From Mayamaea pseudoterrestris (lineage: Eukaryota): 64,000 nt of DNA. Under the pieces are notes generated by a model, which made no database searches, was not told the DNA's origin, and saw nothing but the letters and a program-made list of their open reading frames with translations. The translations under genes were made by a program, and so were the position numbers. Location of the stretch: contig BROI01000029.1 in the NCBI GenBank assembly GCA_027923505.1, forward strand, positions 186,001 to 250,000. The letters run 5' to 3'. Shown one piece after another: positions 46,783-58,487 of the stretch. The stretch's first letter is position 1; each line of letters begins with the position of its first letter.

Positions 46783-49700
46783 TTAATCCAAATATTCGTG
46801 ATACATATCGTCCTTTGCGGACTGTCGACCAAAAGTTGGCCTTCCCGAGCGCTGCGCTCCTGGCAGTATCTGTCGGGAGCAAATAGGGTTCAGAGCGTGA
46901 ATAAAATCCGAAAAACTAATCATAGTTTCTTCAGGTTCACTCGAATATGTCGTGAGCATCTGCCGCATGTTTTCCTTCAAAGTTTGCAAGCGATGGAGAA
47001 TGCCGTGATCACCTGACGATGCTGAATCGTCCGACGCGCTCATAGAGTCGCCATAACGCTTAGATTCTTCTCGAAGCGATTGTATCATTTCTTCCCGCTT
47101 TGTGCGCTTATACGACTCGGGAGCAAATTTTGCTCGCAAGGTAAGGTTTCTGCGAACTTCATCCAGCTGCCGACGATTCAAACCGAGCTTCGATTTGTTC
47201 TCAGTCGCATCCAACTCAGCCAAAAGCGAGGACAGCCTGACTACAAGGAAATGCACATGCTCTTTTGGAAAACAAGGTTTCGCCTTTTCAAAAACGATTC
47301 TTGCCTCCTTAACAATATGCGACGCTCTCAATAGCTCCAGGCGACGAGCTCGAGGAATTCCTTGCATGATATAATTTTCCATCTCCAACTCAATTGATGG
47401 CGTCTGATGTACTTCCGTCTTCCACGACATGTCAATAATGAAGTCGTAATCCTTGTTGAAACATCCGTTGGCAATCCCGACAAAAAGGCGGTCAAAAAAT
47501 ACGAGGATAGCGAGGAATAAATCCATTATAAGATAAAACCCAGACAAAATCAGGCCCAAGATGCAACCAAAAGCACCCGCGCGCCGGGCCCAATAATCTG
47601 GAACTGAGTGAACTCGCCACAGACTGGATAACAAGCCATAGAGGAAGCCGAAAATTGCGGAAAACACACCATGATGGAATGACTTAATGTGACCGGTCAG
47701 ATTGTGGCTGACGCTCTTATGGCGTCGCATTCCGGCAGTGAACCAATAACGATCGTTCAATTTATTCCACGTCGGAATCCATTCCCAAAAGTGGAGCCAA
47801 TCAATCCACTTAATAATCTTCTCCGATTCCAGCAACGCAGCCATCTCCGAACAAACTTTGATGCCATGCTTTCTCAAGCCGGTACCAATAAGTTCATATC
47901 TGGCAATCTTGTGCTCACCCAAAAGGAGGGAGACGTCGCAAAGCATGTTTTCTCTCGGCAAATTGGATATGAAATGTTCTCGACCGTTTTCTATTCCGTT
48001 CTCGATTTTCATTTGGACCGAGAGCAGTTGTGCTGCTCGTTGCATGTCTTCACTCGAAAGGTCCAAAAATTTTTCGGCCAAGATTTCGGTCGTGAGTTTG
48101 TTGATAGGACATGCTTTTGGTCCGACGCCAGCCAGTTCAACGAAAAAGCCCCACATGAACTGGTCGGCAAAGAATGGACAAATAAATGTCGGCAGTCCAG
48201 AACGTAGACCTGCGGCGGTTGTTCCAGCGCCACCTGCGAGACGAGTGAAATACAACTACTGAGCACGAAAGATCCAACAGCTCTTGGGTTATACCACATG
48301 CCGAATCGTGACGTACCATGATGAATCACCGCACAACACTGAGGCAAGAGCCAGTCGTGAGGACACGGACCGACATTGTGGCACAGACCCGTCTCGTCTT
48401 CGACATCGAGCTTGGTCCATCCGCTCTGTACGAGTACTCGTCGCTGGGCCTGCTTGGCCGCTTCCTTTATAATCGTTTCAAGCTTCTCAGGGTCTTTTAT
48501 GACCATGGATCCAAAACCTATAAATACTGGCTTAGGGCCGTTGGCCAGCCATATACTCAAGTCCTCAAACGGCGTAGTGTCAAAACTCTTGGCGTGAGTT
48601 TCTACAACAAAGGTTCCGACGACTTCACACTGCTCAGGCCAATCATCGGGTTTCGCCACAAAAGAGGGAGACCACATGGCGCTAAACGGAAGCTTAGCCA
48701 TTGCAACCAAATTCGTTGAACTACTAAACGAGTAAATGTGCGGTAATCGAAGGGTTCGAAATCGCCACTTGTTAACTTCTCGAGAAAAGCTCGTCCAAAT
48801 GAGACTTTCAAACACATTGTAGGATTGTGAATTTGCAGCGCGACCTTGTACATACGGCAGACCTGACATGGGATGCGGAAAACTCTTGGTGCCATAATAC
48901 CTGGCGTTAGTGACGAAAAAGGATGACGGTGAGCCAAGAGCTAAGCGCGATGTAATGCGCAGCTTGCAAAAAGTGACACTATACTCTTACCATGGCTGTG
49001 GAAACATGATATGACAAGGAATACCGAGCGCCTCAGCAACATGCACATGTCCCATGACGGGCGGATTGGCAATAATCGCATCGGCGACAAAGGATCGAGC
49101 TCCTGGGTCATCCGGATCAGCCTGCGTCGCGGCAGGCCAGGACGAACGCATAATCTTACCGACCATCTTTGTCTTTTCTGGAATAAGGCTCGGATGCATA
49201 GCTTCGCCCCATACAGAGCCTCCGGTTTGAACCATCCAACTCGACAGTAATTTGGGATCTCCAGCCATTGGATAGAACTCAATGTCCTGCGACACGACAG
49301 TCTGCCGGTGAACCTGGTGCGTCGCAATTCGAACACGGTGTCCATCGCGTTGCAGCGCCTTGGCCAAGCCAGTAAAGGGCAAGACATCTCCATGCGTACC
49401 AACCACCATGATGCAAATGTTGAGCTTGACGAGAGGAAGTTCGGGATTAAATGGAGATTCAACTTCATCATATCCGTCATGTCCATCCGAAGCGCTCCAC
49501 GGAATGTCAATCACTTCAGCATCGCCATCGCGAAATGAAACAGCTCCACGAGGAGTGTTTAATAGTTTGTCTACCTGCAAGTTTGACTCTGATTTGGCCT
49601 TGGCAAGTCCATTGACCAATGGTGGCGGCTCCTTAGCTTCTTCTTCGTTGAGGGACGACAGCGTGTGGCTAAAGTCCGGAAGAACGGTCACATCTCCGCC

Positions 49701-49805
49701 GTTTCTCAGGATCGCAATTTCAAGTGGAGAGGGCTCTGTCCCATCAGCGTCCACAGACGATTCAGACTCTGCTGCTTTTAGCATATTAGGTGTGGATTCT
49801 GACAT
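46783..49805 (-). CDS. Sterol 3-beta-glucosyltransferase (UGT80/GT28-like), 3 exons (introns about 48990-48901 and 48315-48236)
   Basis: Motifs [60 protein letters not shown] and [10 protein letters not shown]. Confidence 0.92.
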
Positions 49806-50052
49806 TTTATGAAGCTTAATGGCCGATCGAAGACGGCGATTCCTGGCTTGACATGGTGGCAAAGGAAGCTTGGTGTTCGCGTGACGTGCGACCTCGAATC
49901 GAATAAGTCGTAGCGGTTCTAAAAGTCGGACTGGCACTCGCAAAGGAACCATGAACAGCTGCCGCGGTTTTCTTTGAACCATGGCAGATCGGATTGGAGC
50001 ACCGCTGCTGCAGCTCCATAACAATCCTTTCTTCCGCTCCTTGTTATATATC

Positions 50053-50975
50053 ATGCTCTCCTGTCGGTTTATCTTAGTGCTATTGCTGCTGTCAGGAAAG
50101 ACTCAATCGGTTATAGCGTACAATTCTGTTTTATCGACACCGAGATCCTTTCGACGGCCAAGATCCTCTGTCAACATTGGCATCAGGCTGACGAGAGTTA
50201 ACGATTTTGCGCTAAAAGCAGCTAGAGACGAAGAATCTCTAGATGCAGTGGAAGGGCCATCGAGCTCGCCTTTCATTCCCTCTGACCTTTGCCAAGCAAC
50301 ACCAGCAACCATGATGATCAAGGGCTATGACCCCTCCGAAGGTTTGCCGGAATCCGTAAACGTTGGTGACCCACAACAACGAGTCGCTGAAAAGGAAAGG
50401 AGCGTTACTTCTATTTTGAGGGAACTGGTAGCCATCCAGCAAAAGGGACCACAAAAGTACTGCATTCTAGGAACGCGTCACTGCAGCTACATGCATCAGC
50501 AAATTATTGAACTACTGTGAGTGCAGAGGAGGAGGAGGAGGAGGATAGTCTGTAAATATTTAGTGACGTGTCCCACTCACAAAATGATGTGTTTCCTCAT
50601 CTTGACAGAGCATATGCCTTGGTCTTGAGTGGTAATCATGTTTACACATCGGGGGCTGGTGGCACACACGCGGCCACAATTCGCGGAGCCCTTCGAGCCG
50701 AACGACCCGATTTACTCACCGTTGTACTGCCGCAATCTATGGATCGACAAACAAAGGAGTCGCAGTCTTTGCTGAAAAAGGTGACGGACTTGATTACCAT
50801 GCCACAAAACGATGACATGCCACTGGATGTCGCCAGTCGAATTTGCAACTCCTATTTATTGCAGCAGACGGACCAGCTAATTAGTTTTGCGTTCCATGAG
50901 TCTTCCACCGTCATCGAAGCGACCAAGGAAGCAAAGAAACTGGACATGCTGGTGACTACCCTGTACCTCGATTAA
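50053..50975 (+). CDS. Cyanobacterial-type DprA/Smf-like (SLOG/Rossmann fold, 'DNA recombination-mediator protein A') protein with a presequence (intron 50517-50608)
   Basis: Motifs [52 protein letters not shown] and terminal TLYLD; N-terminal signal peptide. Confidence 0.78.
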
Positions 50976-51692
50976 GTGTAAACTCCATTTAACGATGCAT
51001 GTGTTATTGTCGCGACCGACCAGTTCAATAGAGATTTGTTACTCAACAAAATGTTTCGGCTTTAGTTACGAAACATCGCACTGCCTGATAGCGGGGTAAA
51101 AATCATACGCCGCACTGCTAGCACGTATGGCGCCAATCAGGTATGGCGCCAATTCTGTCGGCCAGACTGCTCATCGACCAGGCTACTCATTACCCTTGCT
51201 ACTGATTGCGAATGGTATACATATACCTCATTTAGCGACGTAGCGCAGTTTCACTTGTTAAGGGTTGTCTATGACTACCAATAGAGGCAAAGGTTAACTG
51301 TCCATAACACATCAGAGACCAAGCTTAGAAGTAAGGCTACGTACGAGGCAAACCAGACGATGTTCTTGAGAGTTTGGAGTACAATTCACAGCTTATAGGC
51401 AGTACTCCCTGTAGTCTACGTGAAAGGAGGATAATACAAGTGGAACGACTTTTACATAGTACTGTAGCATGCTCTCGAGCAACAAACAACTGCACCGGTA
51501 GGCACCCGCAGAGTACTCCGATGGCTTCGATCCACGAATACTTCGATCGTGTATGCAGTTTTGGTATCGGCTCTCATGCCACGTGTATTCGTCTATCTCA
51601 CAGAATGTACATTAATTTCTTCAATGACGACAGGTTACCTCAAAGACAATCGCACATAGGCTCAAGAAAAGAATGCTATATACTACGAATTC
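50768..51692 (+). repeat. Copy 1 of a ~0.93-kb direct duplication flanking the transposon
   Basis: Colinear with 55450-57472 once the MITE is removed. Confidence 0.92.
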
Positions 51693-51838
51693 GAGAACAA
51701 TTGACACGTCAAAGGCTTTTCAATGACGCTCAAAGGAGTCTCAAGGGAGTCCCAGCGAAATTCATTGAGCCTGCGCGCGGCGACGCGATGCCGCACATTT
51801 CCTCGCCATCACGTCACCATGGCTGCACTGTCGTAACC

Positions 51839-53657
51839 ATGAATAGCTCACCTATAAACATCGATAGCCCTGTTGCGTCACTACTAATCTCTTCTGACAT
51901 GGAAGTAATGGATGTAGATGATGAAGGAAGTCTCGCGGCAGATGAAATTGAGCTGGTAGCCGACACCAATGCTGTCAACGTCACGTCCTGGAACGAGTCG
52001 CCGCTCTTGCCCATCGCCACCGCTCGCAAGCCTCTGAGCCGGACTGACAAGCTTCAGATCATCAAACTCTTCAAGAAGCGCCAAATTGAGAAGAAGGCAG
52101 ACTTCCATGCTTCATTACTTGGTCCAGATCAGCCTCTCACAAAACTTTTGCATGGCATCCTTGTCGAACCAGAATCGCGCTTGAAGCAATGGAAGGCTGA
52201 CGAATGCGCCAGCACCATCATTCAGCTCCACCTCTTTGATGAACAGAGCAAGGAATGCTTTAAAATGGAGGACTCTGTGGCTACTCGTCGCAGCAGCAAG
52301 CCATCAAGTGCCATTGCTTCCCTTCGCAGCGCCATCATCAAACTGGAATCACATCGCAACCATTTGTCAACTGCGCAACCCAAATCCCTTGCATCCTACA
52401 AAATCCTCGACAAGAATGGAAAGCGCGTCCAAGACTCCATGGTCTTTGATTCTTTGGAAGCAGTGACACGAGAGGCGTGCGCTGTTTGTGGACAGAAGAC
52501 GATCAACGCATTTGACACGCCAAGCCAAGTCCAGGAACGGAACGAGCGCACTCTCGCAACGCACAAGCAAGCTTTGGCTGACTGGCAAGGAACTGGCGCA
52601 AACCCAAACAAGAAGCCAAGATGCGGAAAGACTTACTCGCAGCGACTAGTTTGCTTTTCATACTCGCTCCATTGCGGATCAAGCGAATGCAGCTGCTACG
52701 CGTGCAAGGCTTTGATGGATGCAGGTATGCAGCGGCCACTGGTCCAAGGTCCCCTTGGCATGGATTGTAGCTGCGGTATTTGCAAGTCAACTTGTTGTGC
52801 TGGATACTATTCAGCTGATCATCGTAAGATTGCGGAAATGGCACTGTCAGCGCGTGAAGGTGATTCGTTCCAACGTACATTCATGGATTCTTGTCATGCT
52901 TGCCATCCATACACGCAACTCACAGTCTCACATGATCTACTTGTTAACTACAGGCCCAACCGTTGATTTTTGCTCTACTGTACGAGATGTGTTTGCATGC
53001 TCTGCGCGAGAGGTTGTGGATGGAAATCTATGCGCAGATTCGCAAGCGTTGTTTCCAGACATTTGCAGCATGACAGCCGTCAACCTTCTCCATGATCCTC
53101 TTCTCCAAGGAAATATGCAGCTACGCTTAACTGCACAAGAAGCAACTGGTGCTCTTACTACTTATCATGGAGGGTTCTCAATTGATCAGATCCGCAAGAA
53201 CAAGCGACTTGCAGCAACAAATGCTAGTGAAAATGACATTGCCACAAAGCGCAACATGTCATTTGCCACCAGCTCATCCAACAAGCGAGCAGGCATTACA
53301 GTCCCTCCCAATGCAGCAACCGGAAACCGAGTTTCACGCAATAACTTGCTTCGAGTGTCTCCACTTGAGAACAGCCCAGCGCATTTGCGCGAGAGTACAC
53401 CTTTGAAGCAAGCCTCCGACCCAGAGCTTGAGCAGAAGAAGGAACTCATCCTTGGCTTGCTGCTTGACATCATGTCAGCGGACGGTTTTGAAGACAAAGG
53501 TCATGGTGTTTTCTGTGACAGTCTCTTTTCGCAAGATCATCCTCGCTTCCGCGATACGAATTCCATTTGTTCCAAGCTGGGAAGCCTAGCAATGATGCAA
53601 GCAGACGAAGAGAAGCTGAAGAAGCGCATCCACGTCCTTGCCACTCGATTCAGCTAG
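51839..53657 (+). CDS. Transposon-encoded Cys-rich protein of unknown function (intron from 52860 or 52875 to 52953; start may be 51788)
   Basis: Two long ORFs are joined in frame by a phase-1 GT-AG intron with a TTAAC branch-like site. Cys cluster CAVC...C...HC....CSCYAC...CSCGICKSTCC. Confidence 0.68.
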
Positions 53658-53853
53658 AAAAAAGAGATTTATCTACAGTAGACCACGTTCACAAGCCGCT
53701 GGAGGCGCTTGAATCGTCTTGAAGATTTGCAGAACGTGGAGCTGAGGTGCGTGCTACACCCGAGTCGTGCATGCCAGCATTGGTCATTAAGATAGACGCA
53801 CCAGCTCCTACTTTATATAATATAGTATCTATCTACAAATCAAAATAGTTCTG

Positions 53854-54984
53854 TTAGTTTAAAACTTGGTATCCGCAATGCGCAAACGTTCGATCAAAGC
53901 CGCCACCGCGACCAATGGCAGCGCATACTTGGTGGATTGCTTGCTCAAGATGCTGCACTGTCCAATGCTGGCGAGACATTTCTCGAAGCTGAACACCAAT
54001 CATACAAAAGGCATACTCAATTGGACCATATTTGGGCTGATAGGGTGGTCTAGGTATGATTCGAAAGCGTTGAGGAAGCGCGCGACCCACTACTGTTTGG
54101 TAAACAATGCCAGCACCATGAGAAGCCAGATTATCCCACAATAAAACCCGATCTCCATCCACAGGCAGGCCGCTATTCTCACAAGTAGTACAGACAATGT
54201 TGCAAAAGTCTGCAAATCGTTCCGCTGTTGTCCCTGGGTCCATGTACGTCCGAAACCAACGGCGAGGATTGTCGACGCTTCCAGCCACATTGGGAGGCAA
54301 CGCTGGGTCACCAGGCTCAATTGCCATGAGCAAAGTAATCTTCTGGTCCCTGCTGTAGTGTCCTGGCTTGCGGATGCGAACACCAACGGCTGAATGCCCT
54401 GTGGAACGGTTCGTTTTCTCAAGGTTGAATGCGCACTCGTCAAAATCAATGAATTGATTGCGCCGCACCGTCACTACACCAAGTGGTGGTGGCTGACTCC
54501 AAAACCACGTCGCCCGAAGCATATTGACTGGGGTAAATGCTTGGTATGCTTCTGTAGATGCTTTCTTTTTTGAAATCTGGAGCTCTGCCATGCGTTCTGA
54601 CACTTGAGAGCGGGAGACAACTTCACCAGTGTTGGCGTAAATGAACGTTGCAATTTGATCAACACTGGCTTCTGGATGTGCAAACAAAATGATGGCCAAT
54701 GCAATTTGCGAAAGTCCAACCAAAACTTCTCTCTGCCTATTTCCGGTTGCTCTCTTTGGATTGACTCCATTGACTCGGTATCGATACATTGTGCTGCGCG
54801 ACATGGCAACTGGAAGTCCTTGCTGCTCGCGAGCCAGCTCTTGCTCCCGCTGTGAAACTGGATAGCCAGTGGAACCACCACGTGAAGGATGAGGAGGCGC
54901 TTGGCGGAGAGCTCCAAGTTGCCGCGCTAAGCCAGCAGCTGAGCGCTCGCGTGCTGCAATGTCGGCAGGATCAGCACGGGGCAT
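53854..54984 (-). CDS. IS630/Tc1-like DDE transposase (DD38E), apparently intact, 376 aa
   Basis: HTH-like N-terminus (SRSTMYRY, VSRSQVSE) and catalytic FIDFDE, LLWDNLASH and PPYQPKYGPIE. 38 residues separate the second D from the E. Confidence 0.92.
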   Translation of the reverse strand: MPRADPADIAARERSAAGLARQLGALRQAPPHPSRGGSTGYPVSQREQELAREQQGLPVAMSRSTMYRYRVNGVNPKRATGNRQREVLVGLSQIALAIILFAHPEASVDQIATFIYANTGEVVSRSQVSERMAELQISKKKASTEAYQAFTPVNMLRATWFWSQPPPLGVVTVRRNQFIDFDECAFNLEKTNRSTGHSAVGVRIRKPGHYSRDQKITLLMAIEPGDPALPPNVAGSVDNPRRWFRTYMDPGTTAERFADFCNIVCTTCENSGLPVDGDRVLLWDNLASHGAGIVYQTVVGRALPQRFRIIPRPPYQPKYGPIEYAFCMIGVQLREMSRQHWTVQHLEQAIHQVCAAIGRGGGFDRTFAHCGYQVLN

Positions 54985-55450
54985 GATGGTGTTGTACTTG
55001 CGGCTGCTTGGTTGCGTTCTTGATGACGCTTGTACCAAATTCAAAGCTTTCCTTTGAGCAAACCATTCCTGATCTCAAGAATGACAAGAATGACATGTGA
55101 GGCATTTGAAAGGAGATTTAAACATCAAATGTGTTGATTTCTTGCGGTTGATGGCGGAGGCGTCTAGCATCGTTCGACCGTTCGACCGTTCGACAACGAA
55201 TCAAGACGCACTGATCGGGAGCATTCCTGATGCGCCGCGTCAAAACAAATAGCACAGTTGGATTCGTCTTGCTCTAATTGCTCTACTTACGCTCTTAAAA
55301 CCGAAGTAATGGTTGTTAAATATAGTTAAAGATGATGCTCCGCCATGGTGATGGCGGCGAAACTGCGTTTTGTGACGCTCAACGAGATTGGTTGGCGAAG
55401 CCTTGAGACTCCTTTGAGCGTCATTGAAAAGCCGTTGACGTGTCAATTGT

Positions 55451-55657
55451 TTGCTGAAGAAGGTGACGGACTTGATTACCATGCCACAAAACGATGACAT
55501 GCCGCTGGATGTCGCCAGTCGAATTTGCAACTCCTATTTATTGCAGCAGACGGACCAGCTAATTAGTTTTGCGTTCCATGAGTCTTCCACCGTCATCGAA
55601 GCGACCAAGGAAGCAAAGAAACTGGACATGCTGGTGACTACCCTGTACCTCGATTAA
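55451..55657 (+). pseudogene. 5'-truncated duplicate of the last 68 codons of the DprA-like gene
   Basis: Peptide identical to 50769-50975 with only two synonymous differences. It has no 5' exon or promoter of its own. Confidence 0.9.
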
Positions 55658-56188
55658 CTGTAAACCATTTAACGATGCATGTGTTATTGTCGCGAGCGAC
55701 CAGTTCAATAGAGATTTGTTACTCAACGAAATGATTCGGCTTTAGTTACGAAACATCGCACTGCCTGATAGCAAGGTAAAATTCATAAGCCGCACTGCTA
55801 GCAGGTATGGCGCCAATCCTTACGGCCAGATTGCTCATCGACCAGGCTGCCCATTACCCTTGCTACTGATTGCATCGTATACATATACCTCATTTAGCGA
55901 CGTAGCGAAGTTTCACTTGTTAAGGGTTGATTATGACTACCAATAGAGGCTAAGGTTAACTGTCCATAACACATCAGAGACCAAGCTTAAAAGTAAGGCT
56001 ACGTACGAGGCAAACCAGACGATGTTCTTGAGAGTTTGGAGTACAGATTCACAGCTTATAGGTAGTATTCCCTGTAGTCTACGTGAAAGGAGGATAATAC
56101 AAGTTGAACGACTCCTACCGGTATGTAGTACTGTAGCATGCTCTCGACACGAGCATTAACAAACAACTGTACCGGTAGGCACCCACAG

Positions 56189-57275
56189 GAGCTTCCGGTA
56201 AAATGTCTTTTTTGACGAAAAATGTCGCACCGGGTCAGCTGTTAGTCGTGGATGAGATTTGATTGGCGACAATGCGCGCGTGCATAGCCAGGCTATGCTT
56301 GCGCGCCGACGGATCGCCAATGGGCTTATCAGTAATTTACTTAGTCAGCTGTTTGCTGATAGCGATTTACTTAGTCAGCACTTTGCTGATAGCGATTTAC
56401 TTAGTCAGCAATGTGCTGATAGCACTTTGCTGATAACGGTTTTTGTCAAAGTAAAACCTTGAAAAAGAACTTTATGCACATTTGACATTTTTTGTTGAAT
56501 ATGATTCGTCGCTAGCGACAAATCAGCTGTTTCTGTACATATACCTTGACGATGATTGTACAACTGCCACCAACCGACTTTGACGACGACGACGACCATG
56601 GCACCATCGACAAGCACTGGCTAGCCATACTGATTGCTGCTAAAGATGGATGTTTGTATTTGCCATGACAAGAAGCTTGCTTGAGCTTTGTAATTGGTGT
56701 TATAATGATGATTCCCTACGAAAAGGACAACGTGTTTGCTGCGAGCAGCAGAACTGATGCTCCACACAAATCGTGCTGTCGCGGGATCTACAGTGCCCGC
56801 GCCAGCAAACCAACTGGATAGATCAAATCGTCATATATTAATTAGTCTACTTTAATTGTTAAATAAAGAGCAGCGGTCTTCTTCAGCTTCTGATTATGGT
56901 GGTCGGCAAGCGGCAAGGAGCGTCGTCGAAGGCCAACGGTTCATCTTCATGGATGGCTGTGCGTAACTATGTCTATTTGTGACTATTGATAATACCATTT
57001 CTAACGATTTGTACTTTATCCCGTACAGTCGCAGAAATTCTGTATAAGAAACGTTCTGATAGTATTCTGCTGATAAAGTAAAGTTCTGATAGCAATGTGC
57101 TGATTAAGCAAAGTTCTTATAGCGAAGTGCTGATAGAAGAATTTAGCCTTCGCAAAACAGCTAGGCGTGCCGGCGCGCCACGCCAGCCATGCCAGCAACG
57201 GCTTTTGGGTCTCGTCAACGGAATGATGAGTGCCAGTGTGACATTTTCGGCGAAAAGTCATTTTACCGGACGCTC
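56189..57275. mobile_element. Non-autonomous TIR element (MITE, 1087 bp) with 3-bp CAG TSD, PIF/Harbinger-like
   Basis: Ends GAGCTTCCGGTAAAATG and CATTTTACCGGACGCTC (16/17 match, imperfect to ~45 bp). CAG lies at 56186-56188 and 57276-57278, and the paralogous empty site (~51509) has a single CAG. No coding capacity. Confidence 0.92.
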
Positions 57276-57769
57276 CAGAGTATGTACTCCACTTGCTTCG
57301 ATCCACGAATACTTCGATCGTGTACTCCAGTATGCAGTATTGGAATCGGCTCTCGTGCCACGTGTATTCGTCTATCACACAGAATGTACATTTATTTCTT
57401 CAATGACGACAGATTACCACAAAGACAATCGCACATAGGCTCAAGAAAAGAATGCTTTATATTGCCTAATTCTTATTGATATTTTGTAACAACCAAACTC
57501 AGCGTGGAAAGATTTGCAGAACAGGTGCAGATTGTAACGACAGCAACTGTATCTTTCAGTGTATCATCAGTACACCTCCGCTTGCATCACCGGACCTTGG
57601 ATTTCTGACGGCTTCTCTGCCCGCCAATCTACTCTTATGCCCCGGCATGTGTTATTGCATGGTTATCCAAGCAGACGTGAGTAAAGGAGAGTCTGTCCGA
57701 GTCCAATCCAAAGACAGTTGCTGCTGTGTCGGCAAACAAGTGAACATATATACTTTCAAGGTGTGCACT

Positions 57770-58487
57770 ATGTCGCTTGAAGACGACGATATTGACGACT
57801 CTGACAAGGGCGAACGAAAGCGCCAGCGTGAGAAGCAGAGACGAACGGATTTGGCGTCGGCTTTTGAGGAACTACAACTGACACTGACCATCGTTGATCC
57901 AACTGGTAGTCGGTGCAACAGAGCCACTTCGGCAGATGGCGATGCTGGGGCGCCATTTACCCGTCTCGATCTGATTCGGAAATCCACTGAATCATTGAAA
58001 CGAATTCACAATGAGAATCAAGAGTTACGTCGGATTGTCAACAGCAAGGCCATTGATGCTGTAAGTGCATTGGCAGCAGCGAAAGTTTACAGTAGCCATG
58101 TAAAGGGCCAACATTATGTACTAACTGCACGATTTCCATCTCTTTCGAGCATAGCCTCAACCGATGCTTGCTGCCAGTTCCTGGGCGCCTGAACTGGGTC
58201 ATTCCCATGGGTACCAGGGGCAACATGCAGCACCAAATTATTTTCAGGGTTATCATTATCAGCAAAATCCGTTCTATCGAGGATATAATCCACACACGAC
58301 CAGTCAACTGACGGCAGGAGAAGCTGGTTATACTGGATACACGGAAGGTTGGGATGGAAACTCGCAGATGCCACCACTTCAATTGCCACACTACGAAGCT
58401 CATTCAGGCACACATCAGCCGCATATGGAGCCACCGTCGCCTCTCACCAGATCTTCGGCAGCGCGAACGGATAAAGATAGAGATTAA
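57770..58487 (+). CDS. bHLH-type transcription factor (intron 58061-58154)
   Basis: Basic region and helix 1 RKRQREKQRRTDLASAFEELQ; helix 2 TRLDLIRKSTESLKRIHNENQELR. Confidence 0.8.

Larger units (their letters stand above)
51696..55451. mobile_element. Two-gene IS630/Tc1/mariner-superfamily DNA transposon (~3.76 kb) with 51-bp TIRs
   Basis: TIR AACAATTGACACGTCAA(A/C)GGCTTTTCAATGACGCTCAAAGGAGTCTCAAGG at 51696-51746, inverted at 55401-55451 with 1 mismatch. The outermost 1-2 bases are ambiguous. It encloses a DDE transposase and a second ORF. Confidence 0.92.
55450..57472 (+). repeat. Copy 2 of the direct duplication (interrupted by the MITE)
   Basis: Begins TTTGCTGAA immediately at the right TIR and matches 50768-51692. 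Confidence 0.92.

Noticed and set aside
51374..51787. N-terminal extension of the 530-aa ORF
   Set aside because: It begins at a non-ATG codon in duplicated host intergenic DNA and runs through the TIR, so it is a chance open frame.
51839..53657. Fanzor/TnpB RNA-guided nuclease as the transposon's second gene
   Set aside because: No RuvC I/II/III motifs were recognised, and the Cys cluster is central and larger than the TnpB zinc ribbon.
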